A DNA stretch of 30,998 nt from Calditrichaeota bacterium AABM5.125.24. GTDB lineage: Bacteria > Electryoneota > AABM5-125-24 > Hatepunaeales > Hatepunaeaceae. Made by a program: the position numbers and the translations under genes. This document shows positions 8,391 through 16,996 of the stretch, one piece after another. Below the pieces are notes generated by a model that was not told the origin of the DNA, did not search any database, and saw nothing but the letters and a program-made list of their open reading frames with translations. The stretch is from assembly GCA_002127415.1 (NCBI GenBank), contig MWJR01000139.1:1-30998 (forward strand), given 5' to 3'. Every line of letters begins with the position of its first letter. Within the stretch, counting starts at the first letter, position 1.

Positions 8391-8423
8391 ATGCGAAACT
8401 TCAGTAATAGCAGGCACATTCAG

Positions 8424-8687
8424 ATGGCACATCACAAATCGGCGATAAAACGGATCAGGACCAGTCACGAATCCTATCTTCGCAACAGACACTATCGTTC
8501 AATGATGCGGACGACAATTCGCCGGGTTCACGAGGCAGGCAGCGCTGATTCCCGGCGCGAGTCCCTTCGCACGGCCTGTGCTACACTCGACCGTCTGGTA
8601 TCCAAGGGTATCCTTAATCGCAACACCGCAGCCCGGCGCAAGTCGAACCTGTATCGATATGTAGCGCAAACGGAGGCTAAAGGCTAA
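8424..8687 (+). CDS. rpsT: 30S ribosomal protein S20
   Basis: MAHHKSAIKRIRTSHESYLRNRHYRSMMRTTIRRV... is the canonical S20 N-terminus. The track ORF starts earlier (8391), but S20 homology begins at this Met. Confidence 0.9.
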   Translation: MAHHKSAIKRIRTSHESYLRNRHYRSMMRTTIRRVHEAGSADSRRESLRTACATLDRLVSKGILNRNTAARRKSNLYRYVAQTEAKG

Positions 8688-8704
8688 AGGCAGGCGCCAA
8701 AACC

Positions 8705-10219
8705 TTACGTGAAGGTCTGGTAGTTCGGAGCCTCCTGAGTGATTATCACATCGTGAGGGTGATTCTCCCGCACACCCGCAGCGGTCACCTGGACGAAGTG
8801 ACTCTCTCGCTTGAAGGTCGAGACGTCCGAACAGCCACAGTAACCCATCGCCGCCCTTAGTCCACCCGTCAGCTGGAAGATGGCGCTGGCCAGCTTCCCC
8901 TTGTAAGGCACGCGCCCTTCAATCCCCTCCGGCACGAGCTTATCCGGTTCAGCCCCCTCCTGGAAGTAGCGGTCGGCGGCCCCCTTCTTCATTGCGGTCA
9001 GGGATCCCATCCCGTAGTAGACCTTATACGTGCGCCCCTCCCAGAGGACGGTCTCACCCGGTGACTCGTTGGTTCCGGCGAACAGGGAACCTATCATAAC
9101 CACGTCAGCCCCGGCGGCGAGGGCCTTGGCAATATCCCCTGAATAGCGGATGCCCCCGTCGGCCACCAACGGAACACCGCTGCCCTCGAGGGCTTTCGCA
9201 CACTCAATAATCGCCGTGATCTGCGGCACCCCCGTGCCGGCGATGACCCTGGTGGTGCAGATAGCGCCGGCACCCATGCCGATCTTAACCCCGTCCACGC
9301 CTGCATCGGCAAGGTCACGTGCGCCTTCGGCGGTGGCTATGTTACCGGCCAGGAGTTGTATGTCCGGGAAGCGGGCCTTAATCTCCCTGACTGTGCGGAT
9401 GACCCCTTCGGAATGACCATGCGCGGTGTCAACCGTGATGAGATCGACACCGGCATCGATCAGCGCCTCTGCCCGTTCCATCGTCCCGGGCGCCACACCC
9501 ACGGCGCCTCCGACCCGCAGCCGCCCACGCTCATCCATACAGGCGTTGGGAAACATCCGCTTCTTCAGGATATCCTTGGCGGTGATGAGCCCTACCAGAC
9601 GCCCACCGTTATCCACCACCGGCAGCTTCTCGATCCGCTCCTCGTGGAGTATCTCCTGGGCCTGTTCAGGGGTAGTGCCGACCGGTGCCGTTACCAGCGG
9701 AGCCGAGGTCATATACTCGGCAACCGGCAGGCTGGTGTCTGTTGCGAAGCGAATGTCGCGGTGGGTGAGCATCCCCACCAGCTTGCCATTGTCAACGATG
9801 GGAATGCCGGATATGTTGTCCCTGCGCATCACCTCCAGGGCCCTCTCCAGCGGAAGATTCGACGGGAGGGTTATCGGTTCCGAGATGGTGAAGCTCTCAG
9901 ACCGCTTGACCTTATCCACCTGAGCCGACTGCTCTTCGACGGACAGGTTCTTGTGGATGATACCGATTCCACCCTCCCGGGCGATGGCGATGGCCAGCTC
10001 CCATTCGGTCACCGTATCCATCGCCGCGCTGGCCAGGGGGATGTTTAACCTGATACCCCGGCTGATGCGGGTCTCAAGCTTCACCTCACTGGGCAGTATG
10101 GCTGAACGCTGCGGAACGATGAGCACATCGTCGAATGTCAGCCCTGTCCCGAACAGCTTTCCCTCTCCTGAACCGGCTGCAATCCCGCCTGGCTGAGGAT
10201 CTATGATTTTGTCAGTCAT
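8705..10219 (-). CDS. guaB: Inosine-5'-monophosphate dehydrogenase
   Basis: 504 aa with [14 protein letters not shown], tandem CBS domains, the catalytic loop ...[20 protein letters not shown]... and ...[17 protein letters not shown]... Confidence 0.92.
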   Translation of the reverse strand: MTDKIIDPQPGGIAAGSGEGKLFGTGLTFDDVLIVPQRSAILPSEVKLETRISRGIRLNIPLASAAMDTVTEWELAIAIAREGGIGIIHKNLSVEEQSAQVDKVKRSESFTISEPITLPSNLPLERALEVMRRDNISGIPIVDNGKLVGMLTHRDIRFATDTSLPVAEYMTSAPLVTAPVGTTPEQAQEILHEERIEKLPVVDNGGRLVGLITAKDILKKRMFPNACMDERGRLRVGGAVGVAPGTMERAEALIDAGVDLITVDTAHGHSEGVIRTVREIKARFPDIQLLAGNIATAEGARDLADAGVDGVKIGMGAGAICTTRVIAGTGVPQITAIIECAKALEGSGVPLVADGGIRYSGDIAKALAAGADVVMIGSLFAGTNESPGETVLWEGRTYKVYYGMGSLTAMKKGAADRYFQEGAEPDKLVPEGIEGRVPYKGKLASAIFQLTGGLRAAMGYCGCSDVSTFKRESHFVQVTAAGVRENHPHDVIITQEAPNYQTFT

Positions 10220-12801
10220 TGGATTATGGTTCCCCAGAAATAGCTCCAGTATAATGAGAAATTATGGGTATATTCGAAAACGGCTACTAACACCACACAG
10301 GCGATAACGAAACCTATCGAACAGAGGAAAAACACCGTCCCAACCGGACGTCTTACATATTGCTGAAGGACCGAAACCAAACGGTAATTCGACCATACAA
10401 TAAGCAGGATGAGCACCACTATCACCAGCCAGCCGCCGGAACCATCAAACAGCCGCTCGGACACCATCCCGATGGGCAATAAAATCAGGAATCCGGCTGA
10501 TGACCATACCAGGAAGTCGAGTCCCTGTGCCAGCGAACAGCGCCGCCCCATCAAGCGGGAGAAAATCATCACTCGCAGCGATCCGAGCCAGATAAATAAG
10601 AAGATAACCGCCCAGAAAAACATCAACCCTCGTGCCGGATGCCAGACCAGGCTGGCAGCCCACCTGATCGGCTCGCCGGAACCGCAGAGCTGACCGAGCG
10701 ACCAGTCGAGCGGGTAGGATTGCCGGCCCGAGTGCAGCCAGGCAGCTCCTATCATTGCCAGGCCCCCTGCAATCAGCATCGCCAACAGGAGGGTATGACC
10801 GCTCTGAAAGTAGCGCCGGTCGCTTATATCCTGGAAGAAGCCGCGAGGCGAGGTGAAGGTTCGATACAGGTTGAGCCTGAAGAGATTATTCTGCCGGGTG
10901 GCAACCAGCAGCACAATAATCAATCCCAGACCGACAATCACCAGCAGCCCCCCTTCCCCGGGGGGAGATTCACCACGCGGCAGCGGATCCACACGACCCG
11001 ATGCCCAGTATTCCTTCAGCCGGTGAAAAGCCAGTCTCGGCCGCCTGTCGCCATCGAGAAGACCGGTGGTATAAAGGCTGGTAGTTCCTCTCAGAGGGGC
11101 TGATACCGATGGAACCGCCCCGGGCCAGTCGGTCAGCTCGCCGATAATCACCCCGGCACACCAGTCAAGACGCTCAATCTCCTTCAGTCGATCCACGAGG
11201 TAATCGGCCTGACCGGCCTCAGAGGTCGGATCGGCATAACCGCCCAACTTCCCCGGCAGAACCGCACGCCTGATTCCACCGATAAGCGCCGGACGGTCAC
11301 CAGCCACCAGTTCGGACAGGTGTGAATCCACCCAGGGGCTGTATTGTGTGACCTCAAGAATCACGAAATCCAGCGGATCCGCCGTAAACTTCCCGGTGAT
11401 GGGAATCGAGGCATATACGGGGCGGTAGTCCATGTCGCGAGCCAGCTCGGTCAGCTTCCGGTAATAGTCCCGGTTGGTCCGGTTTGGGGGATTTATCTCG
11501 GAGCCGATTCCCCAGCCGGCGATACAGGTGTAGCGTCTGTCGCGGCGGATCATCGCCTCCAACTGCTCAGCGGCGGTGCGAGTGAACTCCGGCTCACTCA
11601 GAACCGGATCCGGGGCCTGAAAAACCGGCAGCTCCTCGAAAACCAACAGCCCATTGCGATCGCAAAGCTCGAGCAGACAGCGCGGCGCGGCGCCCTGCAT
11701 AATCCTGATCGCATCGACGCCGAGCTCTCTCATAAGGGCAAAGTCGGTCTCAAGCTGCTTCTCATCAACGATCACCCCCGTTTCCATATGTGCGGGAACA
11801 TAGGAGAGGCATCTGAGCCAACGCACCTCACCGTTCAGCTTGAATCCTTCCGGCCTCACCTTGAGGGTTCGCACCCCGACGGTCGTGACCAATGCGTGCC
11901 GAACACCACGACCGGCCAGATCAGCACGAACGCGGTATAATCCGCGACCGCCGCCGAGCTCCCAGCGCTCGAGGGACACTGAAGGTAGATCAACCGTCAG
12001 CTTCAGGATCCCACCGGGTGGAAACACTACCGACCGGGCCTTAGTGGCTGCCAACCGGTTCCCGACCATATCGAGCAGTTGAACCGAAAGCACCTCCCCC
12101 CCATCCTCACTCGACGACGCGGGTCCACTCCTGCGCATCTCGGCTTCGACCGTCACGTGTCCCCCAGCCGATGTAGCATCTCCGACCCAGCGTGCCTCGA
12201 GCTCGGTTACCGCCTTCAGGGGAGAAGACACCAGACATACATCCCGGAAGATGCCGCCATAACGCCGCCGGGCGAATATGCCGCCCTTTAAGGGAACTGT
12301 GCCGTGTCTGGAGAGGCGGTTGTCAAGAACAAACACCAGCTCGTTGGTCTCGCTGCCGAACCGAAGATGCCGGGAATCGATGTCGAGCTGAAAAGAGACC
12401 TCGTTACCACGGCGGGTGTCGAGATGGGCCCCGTTCAGTGTGATGGCGATAAATTCTGCGAAGCCGTCCACCACCAGTCGCCAGGAGCTGTTGACCGCAT
12501 CATCGGGAAGCTCAAACCGGCGGGTCAGGGTAAGCTCCCCATCCCAGCCATCCCAGCAGAACGGCAGGTTGATGCTGCCGAGGCTGACTTCATCCGCACG
12601 AACCGCTTTCCAAGCTCCCGTCAAATCGACCCGCGTATCACCTTCACCCCTGGACCATCTTCCACGATCTTCAATCTCCAGAACGGGGCTGGTCCGTTCC
12701 ATCAGGCGAATTCCATCTCTCTTCACCGATTCTGACAGTGCAGCCGAAGCTCCAAAAATAGAAGCGGTTAGCAGGAATGCGATTATTTTATATCCGTTCA
12801 A
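10216..12801 (-). CDS. Secreted GH2-like glycoside hydrolase domain fused to a C-terminal polytopic membrane domain
   Basis: Signal peptide. The first ~600 aa resemble GH2 architecture, with sugar-binding jelly-roll and Ig-like regions and a TIM-barrel segment (...[15 protein letters not shown]...[16 protein letters not shown]... and ...[14 protein letters not shown]... as a candidate acid/base motif). The last ~270 aa hold about 7 strongly hydrophobic TM helices ([16 protein letters not shown]..., [13 protein letters not shown]..., [13 protein letters not shown]..., [18 protein letters not shown]...). The stop overlaps the guaB start (ATGA). Confidence 0.55.
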   Translation of the reverse strand: MNGYKIIAFLLTASIFGASAALSESVKRDGIRLMERTSPVLEIEDRGRWSRGEGDTRVDLTGAWKAVRADEVSLGSINLPFCWDGWDGELTLTRRFELPDDAVNSSWRLVVDGFAEFIAITLNGAHLDTRRGNEVSFQLDIDSRHLRFGSETNELVFVLDNRLSRHGTVPLKGGIFARRRYGGIFRDVCLVSSPLKAVTELEARWVGDATSAGGHVTVEAEMRRSGPASSSEDGGEVLSVQLLDMVGNRLAATKARSVVFPPGGILKLTVDLPSVSLERWELGGGRGLYRVRADLAGRGVRHALVTTVGVRTLKVRPEGFKLNGEVRWLRCLSYVPAHMETGVIVDEKQLETDFALMRELGVDAIRIMQGAAPRCLLELCDRNGLLVFEELPVFQAPDPVLSEPEFTRTAAEQLEAMIRRDRRYTCIAGWGIGSEINPPNRTNRDYYRKLTELARDMDYRPVYASIPITGKFTADPLDFVILEVTQYSPWVDSHLSELVAGDRPALIGGIRRAVLPGKLGGYADPTSEAGQADYLVDRLKEIERLDWCAGVIIGELTDWPGAVPSVSAPLRGTTSLYTTGLLDGDRRPRLAFHRLKEYWASGRVDPLPRGESPPGEGGLLVIVGLGLIIVLLVATRQNNLFRLNLYRTFTSPRGFFQDISDRRYFQSGHTLLLAMLIAGGLAMIGAAWLHSGRQSYPLDWSLGQLCGSGEPIRWAASLVWHPARGLMFFWAVIFLFIWLGSLRVMIFSRLMGRRCSLAQGLDFLVWSSAGFLILLPIGMVSERLFDGSGGWLVIVVLILLIVWSNYRLVSVLQQYVRRPVGTVFFLCSIGFVIACVVLVAVFEYTHNFSLYWSYFWGTIIQ

Positions 12802-12977
12802 CAGGATAGCCTCTGGGTGTGAACAGGTTTAGCCATGTATTCTATTAAAATCTTTGGCTGAAATCAACATTTACATTACCGGTAGTTCATTCCTTTATAT
12901 TACTCCTATACCTCAAATCGCCCTCTGTCACTCAATCTACAAATTCGCAGTTATTAACAGGTGCAACTAATAGTAGA

Positions 12978-13043
12978 CATTCGGTAGGCCCGACAATCTT
13001 GTCGGGCTGGCTGGACAGGATTGTCCAGCCTACTATCCGAATG
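12978..13043. repeat. 66-bp nested palindrome (related copy E of the CCCGAC...GTCGGG family)
   Basis: CATTCGGTAGGCCCGACAATCTTGTCGGGCTGGCTGGACAGGATTGTCCAGCCTACTATCCGAATG. Outer arms, CCCGACAA/TTGTCGGG and CTGGACA/TGTCCAG are all self-complementary. Confidence 0.55.
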
Positions 13044-13063
13044 ACAGATTTATAAAGACGGTA

Positions 13064-13087
13064 TGGGCGCGAGTTATCGCGCCCATA
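13064..13087. repeat. Palindrome ATGGGCGCGA-GTTA-TCGCGCCCAT (GGGCGCGA family, copy 1)
   Basis: Perfect 10-bp arms. The same core, GGGCGCGA-NNNN-TCGCGCCC, recurs at 16817..16837. Confidence 0.55.
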
Positions 13088-13106
13088 GGACGGGCGTCAT
13101 AAGCCT

Positions 13107-13147
13107 GTCCCTGCGAATCCCTGCTTTCGCAGGGACGGGAGCAGGGA
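13107..13147. repeat. Nested palindrome GTCCCTGCGAA-TCCCTGC-TTTCGCAGGGAC-GGGAGCAGGGA
   Basis: Shares the TCCCTGCGAA / GCAGGGA core with the element at 8208..8274. Confidence 0.5.
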
Positions 13148-13223
13148 TGCCGCCCCTACCAGTTCAATGGAGATTTTATTAGTAAACACAGCTGGCGGTG
13201 CTCTATGTATATAAATTATAGCC

Positions 13224-13883
13224 TTATAGTAGATTCGAGATCGCCTCGCGCAGATCCCGGACGGCTCGAACCGGATCCCCACGCCTGAATATGGCGTTAC
13301 CGGCGACCAGCAGATCAGCGCCCGCCCTGACGACCAGAGGGGCGGTCTGTGGGTCGATGCCGCCGTCAACTGCTACGACTTTGGATTGACCGGCGGTTGT
13401 GCGCGCCGACTCAATCTTGGGCAGCATCCCGTGCATAAAGTGCTGACCCCCGAAACCCGGTTCGACCGTCATCACCAGCACCTGATCAACCGACCCTACC
13501 AGCTCGGCCACTTCCTCAAACGGCGTTCCCGGTTTTATGGAAATTCCGGGTTTAATCCCTGCACTGCGGATCCGAGCGATTACAGAGACCGGATCCGGCT
13601 CCGCTTCATAGTGAAAGGTCAGGAAATCCCGCTCGTCCAGTCCGGCTTTGATATAGTCGTTCAGCCAGCGACCGGGCGCTTCGATCATAAGATGAACGTC
13701 GAGTGGTATGCTCGAAACCCGCTTTATAGCCGCCACCACAGGTGCTCCGAAGGTCAGGTTCGGCACGAAATGACCATCCATCACATCGCAGTGGATGTAA
13801 TCGACCTCGCCGGTTACCAACTTCACTGCCTCAGCCAGTTTAGCCATATCGGCGGAGAGAAGGCTGGCTGCAATGTGGATCAA
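13224..13883 (-). CDS. rpe: Ribulose-phosphate 3-epimerase
   Basis: 219 aa with ...IAASLLSADMAKLAEAV...DYIHCDVMDGHFVPNLTFG... and ...VMTVEPGFGGQ... TTG start with a GGAGG Shine-Dalgarno site 7 nt upstream. Confidence 0.9.
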   Translation of the reverse strand: MIHIAASLLSADMAKLAEAVKLVTGEVDYIHCDVMDGHFVPNLTFGAPVVAAIKRVSSIPLDVHLMIEAPGRWLNDYIKAGLDERDFLTFHYEAEPDPVSVIARIRSAGIKPGISIKPGTPFEEVAELVGSVDQVLVMTVEPGFGGQHFMHGMLPKIESARTTAGQSKVVAVDGGIDPQTAPLVVRAGADLLVAGNAIFRRGDPVRAVRDLREAISNLL

Positions 13884-13970
13884 ATCACACCTCCTCGCCC
13901 GGGTCTACCGGTGACGTTAATAACCTTCCTCCCGAATTGTCTGGCAGTGTCCAAGAATAATTGAGATGGG

Positions 13971-14026
13971 GTAGTCGCGGCTGTCCTCAACCGTGACACA
14001 GTCGGGGCTGAGACAATCCCGACTAC
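13971..14026. repeat. MITE/REP-like nested palindrome, family 1, copy C
   Basis: GTAGTCGCGGCTGTCCTCAACCGTGACACAGTCGGGGCTGAGACAATCCCGACTAC has the same GTAGTCG...CTCAACC...GTCGGG..CCCGACTAC architecture as copies at 18332, 20074 and 25325. Confidence 0.6.
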
Positions 14027-14118
14027 AGCTCTTCTACAAACTGTTATCTAATAACGAAGTATGCCATCGCAATTAATCAAGTGCACTACCAAATTTCCAA
14101 ACTCTTAACTCTTAACTC

Positions 14119-15003
14119 CTAATCCTTAATTCCCTTCACCGGCTCTTTGGTGACGCTGACGTTTACCTTTTCACCCGGTTTCATCGGGCTTCCGGGCTCC
14201 GGCGACTGTGAGATAACCGTTCCTGAAGGCACCGAACTGTCAGGGTAGCGGGTCACCTTTCCCAACCGTAGATTGTGCTTGGCCAGGATGACCCCCACCT
14301 CAGAAATCCGCCGTCCCACCAGCTCCGGTGCAACAGTCTCGGTCGGTCTGGGGCCAAGGCTGACGGTCAACGTCAGTTCATCACCCCTCATCATACCGGT
14401 CATCGGCAGCGGTCTCTGCACCATCACCACCCCCTCGGGATACCTGGATGAATGGCTGTAGCGGATGTGGTTCTCGACCACCACCAGTCCGGACGAATCG
14501 GCCATCAGCATCGCTTCACGAGGCGACCGACCGACCGCGTCCGGGCAGGCGATCAACCGCTCGCGACCGCTGGTGATAACCTCCACCCGTCGTCCGGGTT
14601 TTACCGAAACGCCTGCCACAGGAAATTGGTCGAGCACGGATCCGGGAGGCAGTCGATTATCCACCCGCACCCGACCCCTGACCAGCTCGAGGCCAATCAA
14701 GCAGCAAATGCTGTCGGCTTCTTCGAGCGAGAGATGGTGCAGGTTGGGCACCTGCCTTTCGACGCTACTCAGAACAACCAGCGGCATTATCACGCGGTCA
14801 ACCAGCCCGACGACCAGCCAGACAACCGCGATAATCACCACCACCAGCCCGGCTGCCAGTCCCAGCCAGCCGTGTGCATTATTCTTTATATGGGCCTGTT
14901 TCAAGTCCGATGGTCGCAGATGAGGACCGCTATGACTACCTGAGTCTTTCGATTTTTTATACCCCTTATTCTCGGGGCGTATATAATCCGGGCTGTCGGT
15001 CAT
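14119..15003 (-). CDS. Membrane-anchored protein with three PASTA domains and no kinase domain
   Basis: Short basic cytoplasmic N-terminus (~45 aa), one TM helix (WLGLAAGLVVVIIAVVWLVVGLV), then three ~65-aa PASTA-like repeats (...VPNLHHLSLEEA...GSVLDQFPVAGVSVKPGRRVEVI..., ...VGRSPREAML...VMVQRPLPMTGMMRGDELTLTV..., ...LVGRRISEVGVIL...GTVISQSPEPGSPMKPGEKVNVSV...). The start overlaps the rsmB stop by 4 bp. Confidence 0.7.
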   Translation of the reverse strand: MTDSPDYIRPENKGYKKSKDSGSHSGPHLRPSDLKQAHIKNNAHGWLGLAAGLVVVIIAVVWLVVGLVDRVIMPLVVLSSVERQVPNLHHLSLEEADSICCLIGLELVRGRVRVDNRLPPGSVLDQFPVAGVSVKPGRRVEVITSGRERLIACPDAVGRSPREAMLMADSSGLVVVENHIRYSHSSRYPEGVVMVQRPLPMTGMMRGDELTLTVSLGPRPTETVAPELVGRRISEVGVILAKHNLRLGKVTRYPDSSVPSGTVISQSPEPGSPMKPGEKVNVSVTKEPVKGIKD

Positions 15004-16271
15004 CTTCCGCGTTCGAACCTGACCGCGAAAACCCCGTCACTGCGGGTCTCGGGGCCATAGTTGATCAGCCACCCCCCCTTTTGATCCCCCTCCGGTAACC
15101 GGGGGGTGGAATACAGGTGGGGAAAATCGGGCAGCCACTGTCCCGCAGGGGCGAGATGAAACTCACGATGTTCCGATAAGAACCTCTCGACTACCTCGCC
15201 GTTCTCCTCGGGTTCAACGGAGCAGGTGCTGTAGATGATCCTACCGGCGCTGGCAGTTCTACCGGCGGCATAACGGAGCAGTTCGAGCTGGAGAGCCGCC
15301 ATACGGGGGACATCCCCCGGACGTCTGCGCCAGCGAAGGTCCGGTCGGCGTGCCAGAACCCCGGTGCCCGTGCAGGGGGCATCAACCAGAACAGCATCGA
15401 AGCCATTGCGATTGGTCAGAACTTCGTCATAGGGAACAACCTCCACATTCCCCAGACCTCGGCGGTCGGTCATCTCGGCCAGGGTCGCAAGCCTTTCAAC
15501 GGACTTGTCGGTGGCTGTCACCATGCAGTCGGGACACAGCTCCGCCAGATGACCGGTCTTACCCCCCGGTGCGGCGCACAGATCGAGTATCCGCTCGCCC
15601 GGTTGCGGGTCGAGCAACCGCGCCACCAGCCCCTGCGATACATCCTGAACAGTGGCGACCCCTTTCACTATCTGGTCCAGCTTCAGCAGGTCACCCGAAT
15701 GGTCAAGCTCCAGGAAATACGGGTCGAGAGGGGATGCCTCAGCCCCGACTCTCTTCCGGTTAAGATCAGCAGCCACATCAGCCGGATCGGCACGCCTGCG
15801 ATCAATCCGTATAAAGATCCTGGGGCGACGGTTGTTCCAGGCGAGAAATTTCCCGAGTTGCTCGGCAGGAATAAGACCGCCCCAGCGAGCCACCATCCAG
15901 GGTGGATGCGAGTGAAGAATGGCCAGGTTGTAAAAGGTGTCCGTAGTGGTCGGAGCCGCGGTGCGTAACAGCTCCCCCTCCCTGGCGACGCGGCGCAGAA
16001 CAGCGTTGACCCAGCCGGCCGCAGCCTCACTGCCGAAACCACGCGCCACCCTGACCGCTGTATCGACCGCAGCGTAATCGGGAACCCGGTCGAGGAATAG
16101 CAGTTGATACAGCCCGACGGCTGCCGCCGCGTAGCAGCGTGGGTCTATCTTAAGTCGATCGGGAGTGAGCCTATGGATGAGCCACTCGATCCGCCCGTGC
16201 CAGCGAATCACACCTAACAGCAGCTCATAGAACAGGGCTTGATCCCGGCGTTCAAAAGACCACCTGCTCAA
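15000..16271 (-). CDS. rsmB: 16S rRNA (cytosine967-C5)-methyltransferase RsmB/Sun; the true N-terminus probably lies upstream of the called TTG
   Basis: NusB-like N-terminal region plus a SAM methyltransferase core (...ILDLCAAPGGKTGHLAEL..., ...DAVLVDAPCTGTGV..., ...IIYSTCSVEPEENGEV...). The frame stays open about 450 nt upstream of 16271, and the upstream in-frame peptide REAVTRAYARWLKRPARIDEISEWAL looks like the conserved first helix of RsmB. Confidence 0.85.
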   Translation of the reverse strand: MSRWSFERRDQALFYELLLGVIRWHGRIEWLIHRLTPDRLKIDPRCYAAAAVGLYQLLFLDRVPDYAAVDTAVRVARGFGSEAAAGWVNAVLRRVAREGELLRTAAPTTTDTFYNLAILHSHPPWMVARWGGLIPAEQLGKFLAWNNRRPRIFIRIDRRRADPADVAADLNRKRVGAEASPLDPYFLELDHSGDLLKLDQIVKGVATVQDVSQGLVARLLDPQPGERILDLCAAPGGKTGHLAELCPDCMVTATDKSVERLATLAEMTDRRGLGNVEVVPYDEVLTNRNGFDAVLVDAPCTGTGVLARRPDLRWRRRPGDVPRMAALQLELLRYAAGRTASAGRIIYSTCSVEPEENGEVVERFLSEHREFHLAPAGQWLPDFPHLYSTPRLPEGDQKGGWLINYGPETRSDGVFAVRFERGR

Positions 16272-16489
16272 GGCCCACTCGCTTATCTCATCAATGCGGG
16301 CTGGACGTTTCAGCCATCGCGCATAGGCCCTGGTAACCGCCTCCCGGGGTGAAGGAACATTGTCAGCCGGAACCTTCTTCTCCCGCTGCCTTCGCTGACC
16401 GGCTGTCTGATGCCGAAGGCTGAAAGAACGGTGGTCGGCAGCTCGCCTCCTCCTCGATATGCGACCGGAAACGGGGTGTGGTTTATCTG

Positions 16490-16744
16490 TCAGTTGCGCA
16501 TACCCCTCAGAAGGATGAGCCGGAGTAGATGAGTGAGTGTCATTGTGGCTGCGGCGACGTAGGTCCAGGCGGCGGCGGTTAATACTTTGCGAGCCTGAGC
16601 GACCTGAGCCCCGGTCAACCCGCTGGTCGAACGAATCCGGCTGTATCGACGGTAGCTGCTGCGGACCTTGTTCTGCGCCCAGAAAGCCAGGATAATCGCC
16701 GGCACCAGCAGGATAAAGGTCGGATCAAAGAAGGGATAATACAT
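16490..16744 (-). pseudogene. Truncated N-terminal fragment of a YugP-like membrane zinc metallopeptidase (Zn_peptidase_2 family)
   Basis: MYYPFFDPTFILLVPAIILAFWAQNKVRSSYRRYSRIRSTSGLTGAQVAQARKVL matches the conserved N-terminus of YugP-type peptidases. The frame then diverges and stops after 84 aa, whereas the family is ~225 aa. Only ~470 bp separate this start from rsmB, so a full-length gene cannot fit. Confidence 0.45.
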
Positions 16745-16816
16745 CGTAAGTTCCTGAACTTATGTGGCAAATTGTTATAATGGCATTTAATACTAACTTT
16801 TATCCTGAATCCGGTA

Positions 16817-16837
16817 GGGGCGCGATTCATCGCGCCC
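16817..16837. repeat. Palindrome GGGGCGCGA-TTCA-TCGCGCCC (GGGCGCGA family, copy 2)
   Basis: Same core as 13064..13087. It lies between the fmt stop and the peptidase-fragment/rsmB upstream region. Confidence 0.55.
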
Positions 16838-16996
16838 GTATCATACAACCGCATCCGATACTCAAGCCGGGACAATATCCGTGACGAAATCTTACACTGT
16901 GTTACGATTAAGGAACCTTCCTGCAGTGCAGCGGACAGGAATGTCCGCCCTACTTATTTGGAGCCTATTCCACGAAAGCGATCCTGTGGCAATTCC

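Noticed and set aside
8391-8423. N-terminal 11-aa extension of rpsT (MRNFSNSRHIQ)
   Set aside because: S20 homology begins at MAHHKSAIKR. The extension overlaps the leader hairpin region, so the downstream ATG at 8424 is preferred.
12802-13223. CRISPR array or tRNA in repeat-rich intergenic regions
   Set aside because: The repeats are palindromic hairpins of differing sequence, not regularly spaced direct repeats with spacers. No cloverleaf/T-loop (GTTCGAnTC) candidates were found in any intergenic gap.
13386-13964. 192-aa plus-strand ORF
   Set aside because: Antisense shadow of rpe, which has clear homology on the minus strand.
14452-14943. His/Gln-rich 163-aa and Ser/Thr-rich 152-aa plus-strand ORFs
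   Set aside because: Antisense to the PASTA-domain gene. Their composition is typical of out-of-frame translation of GC-rich coding DNA.
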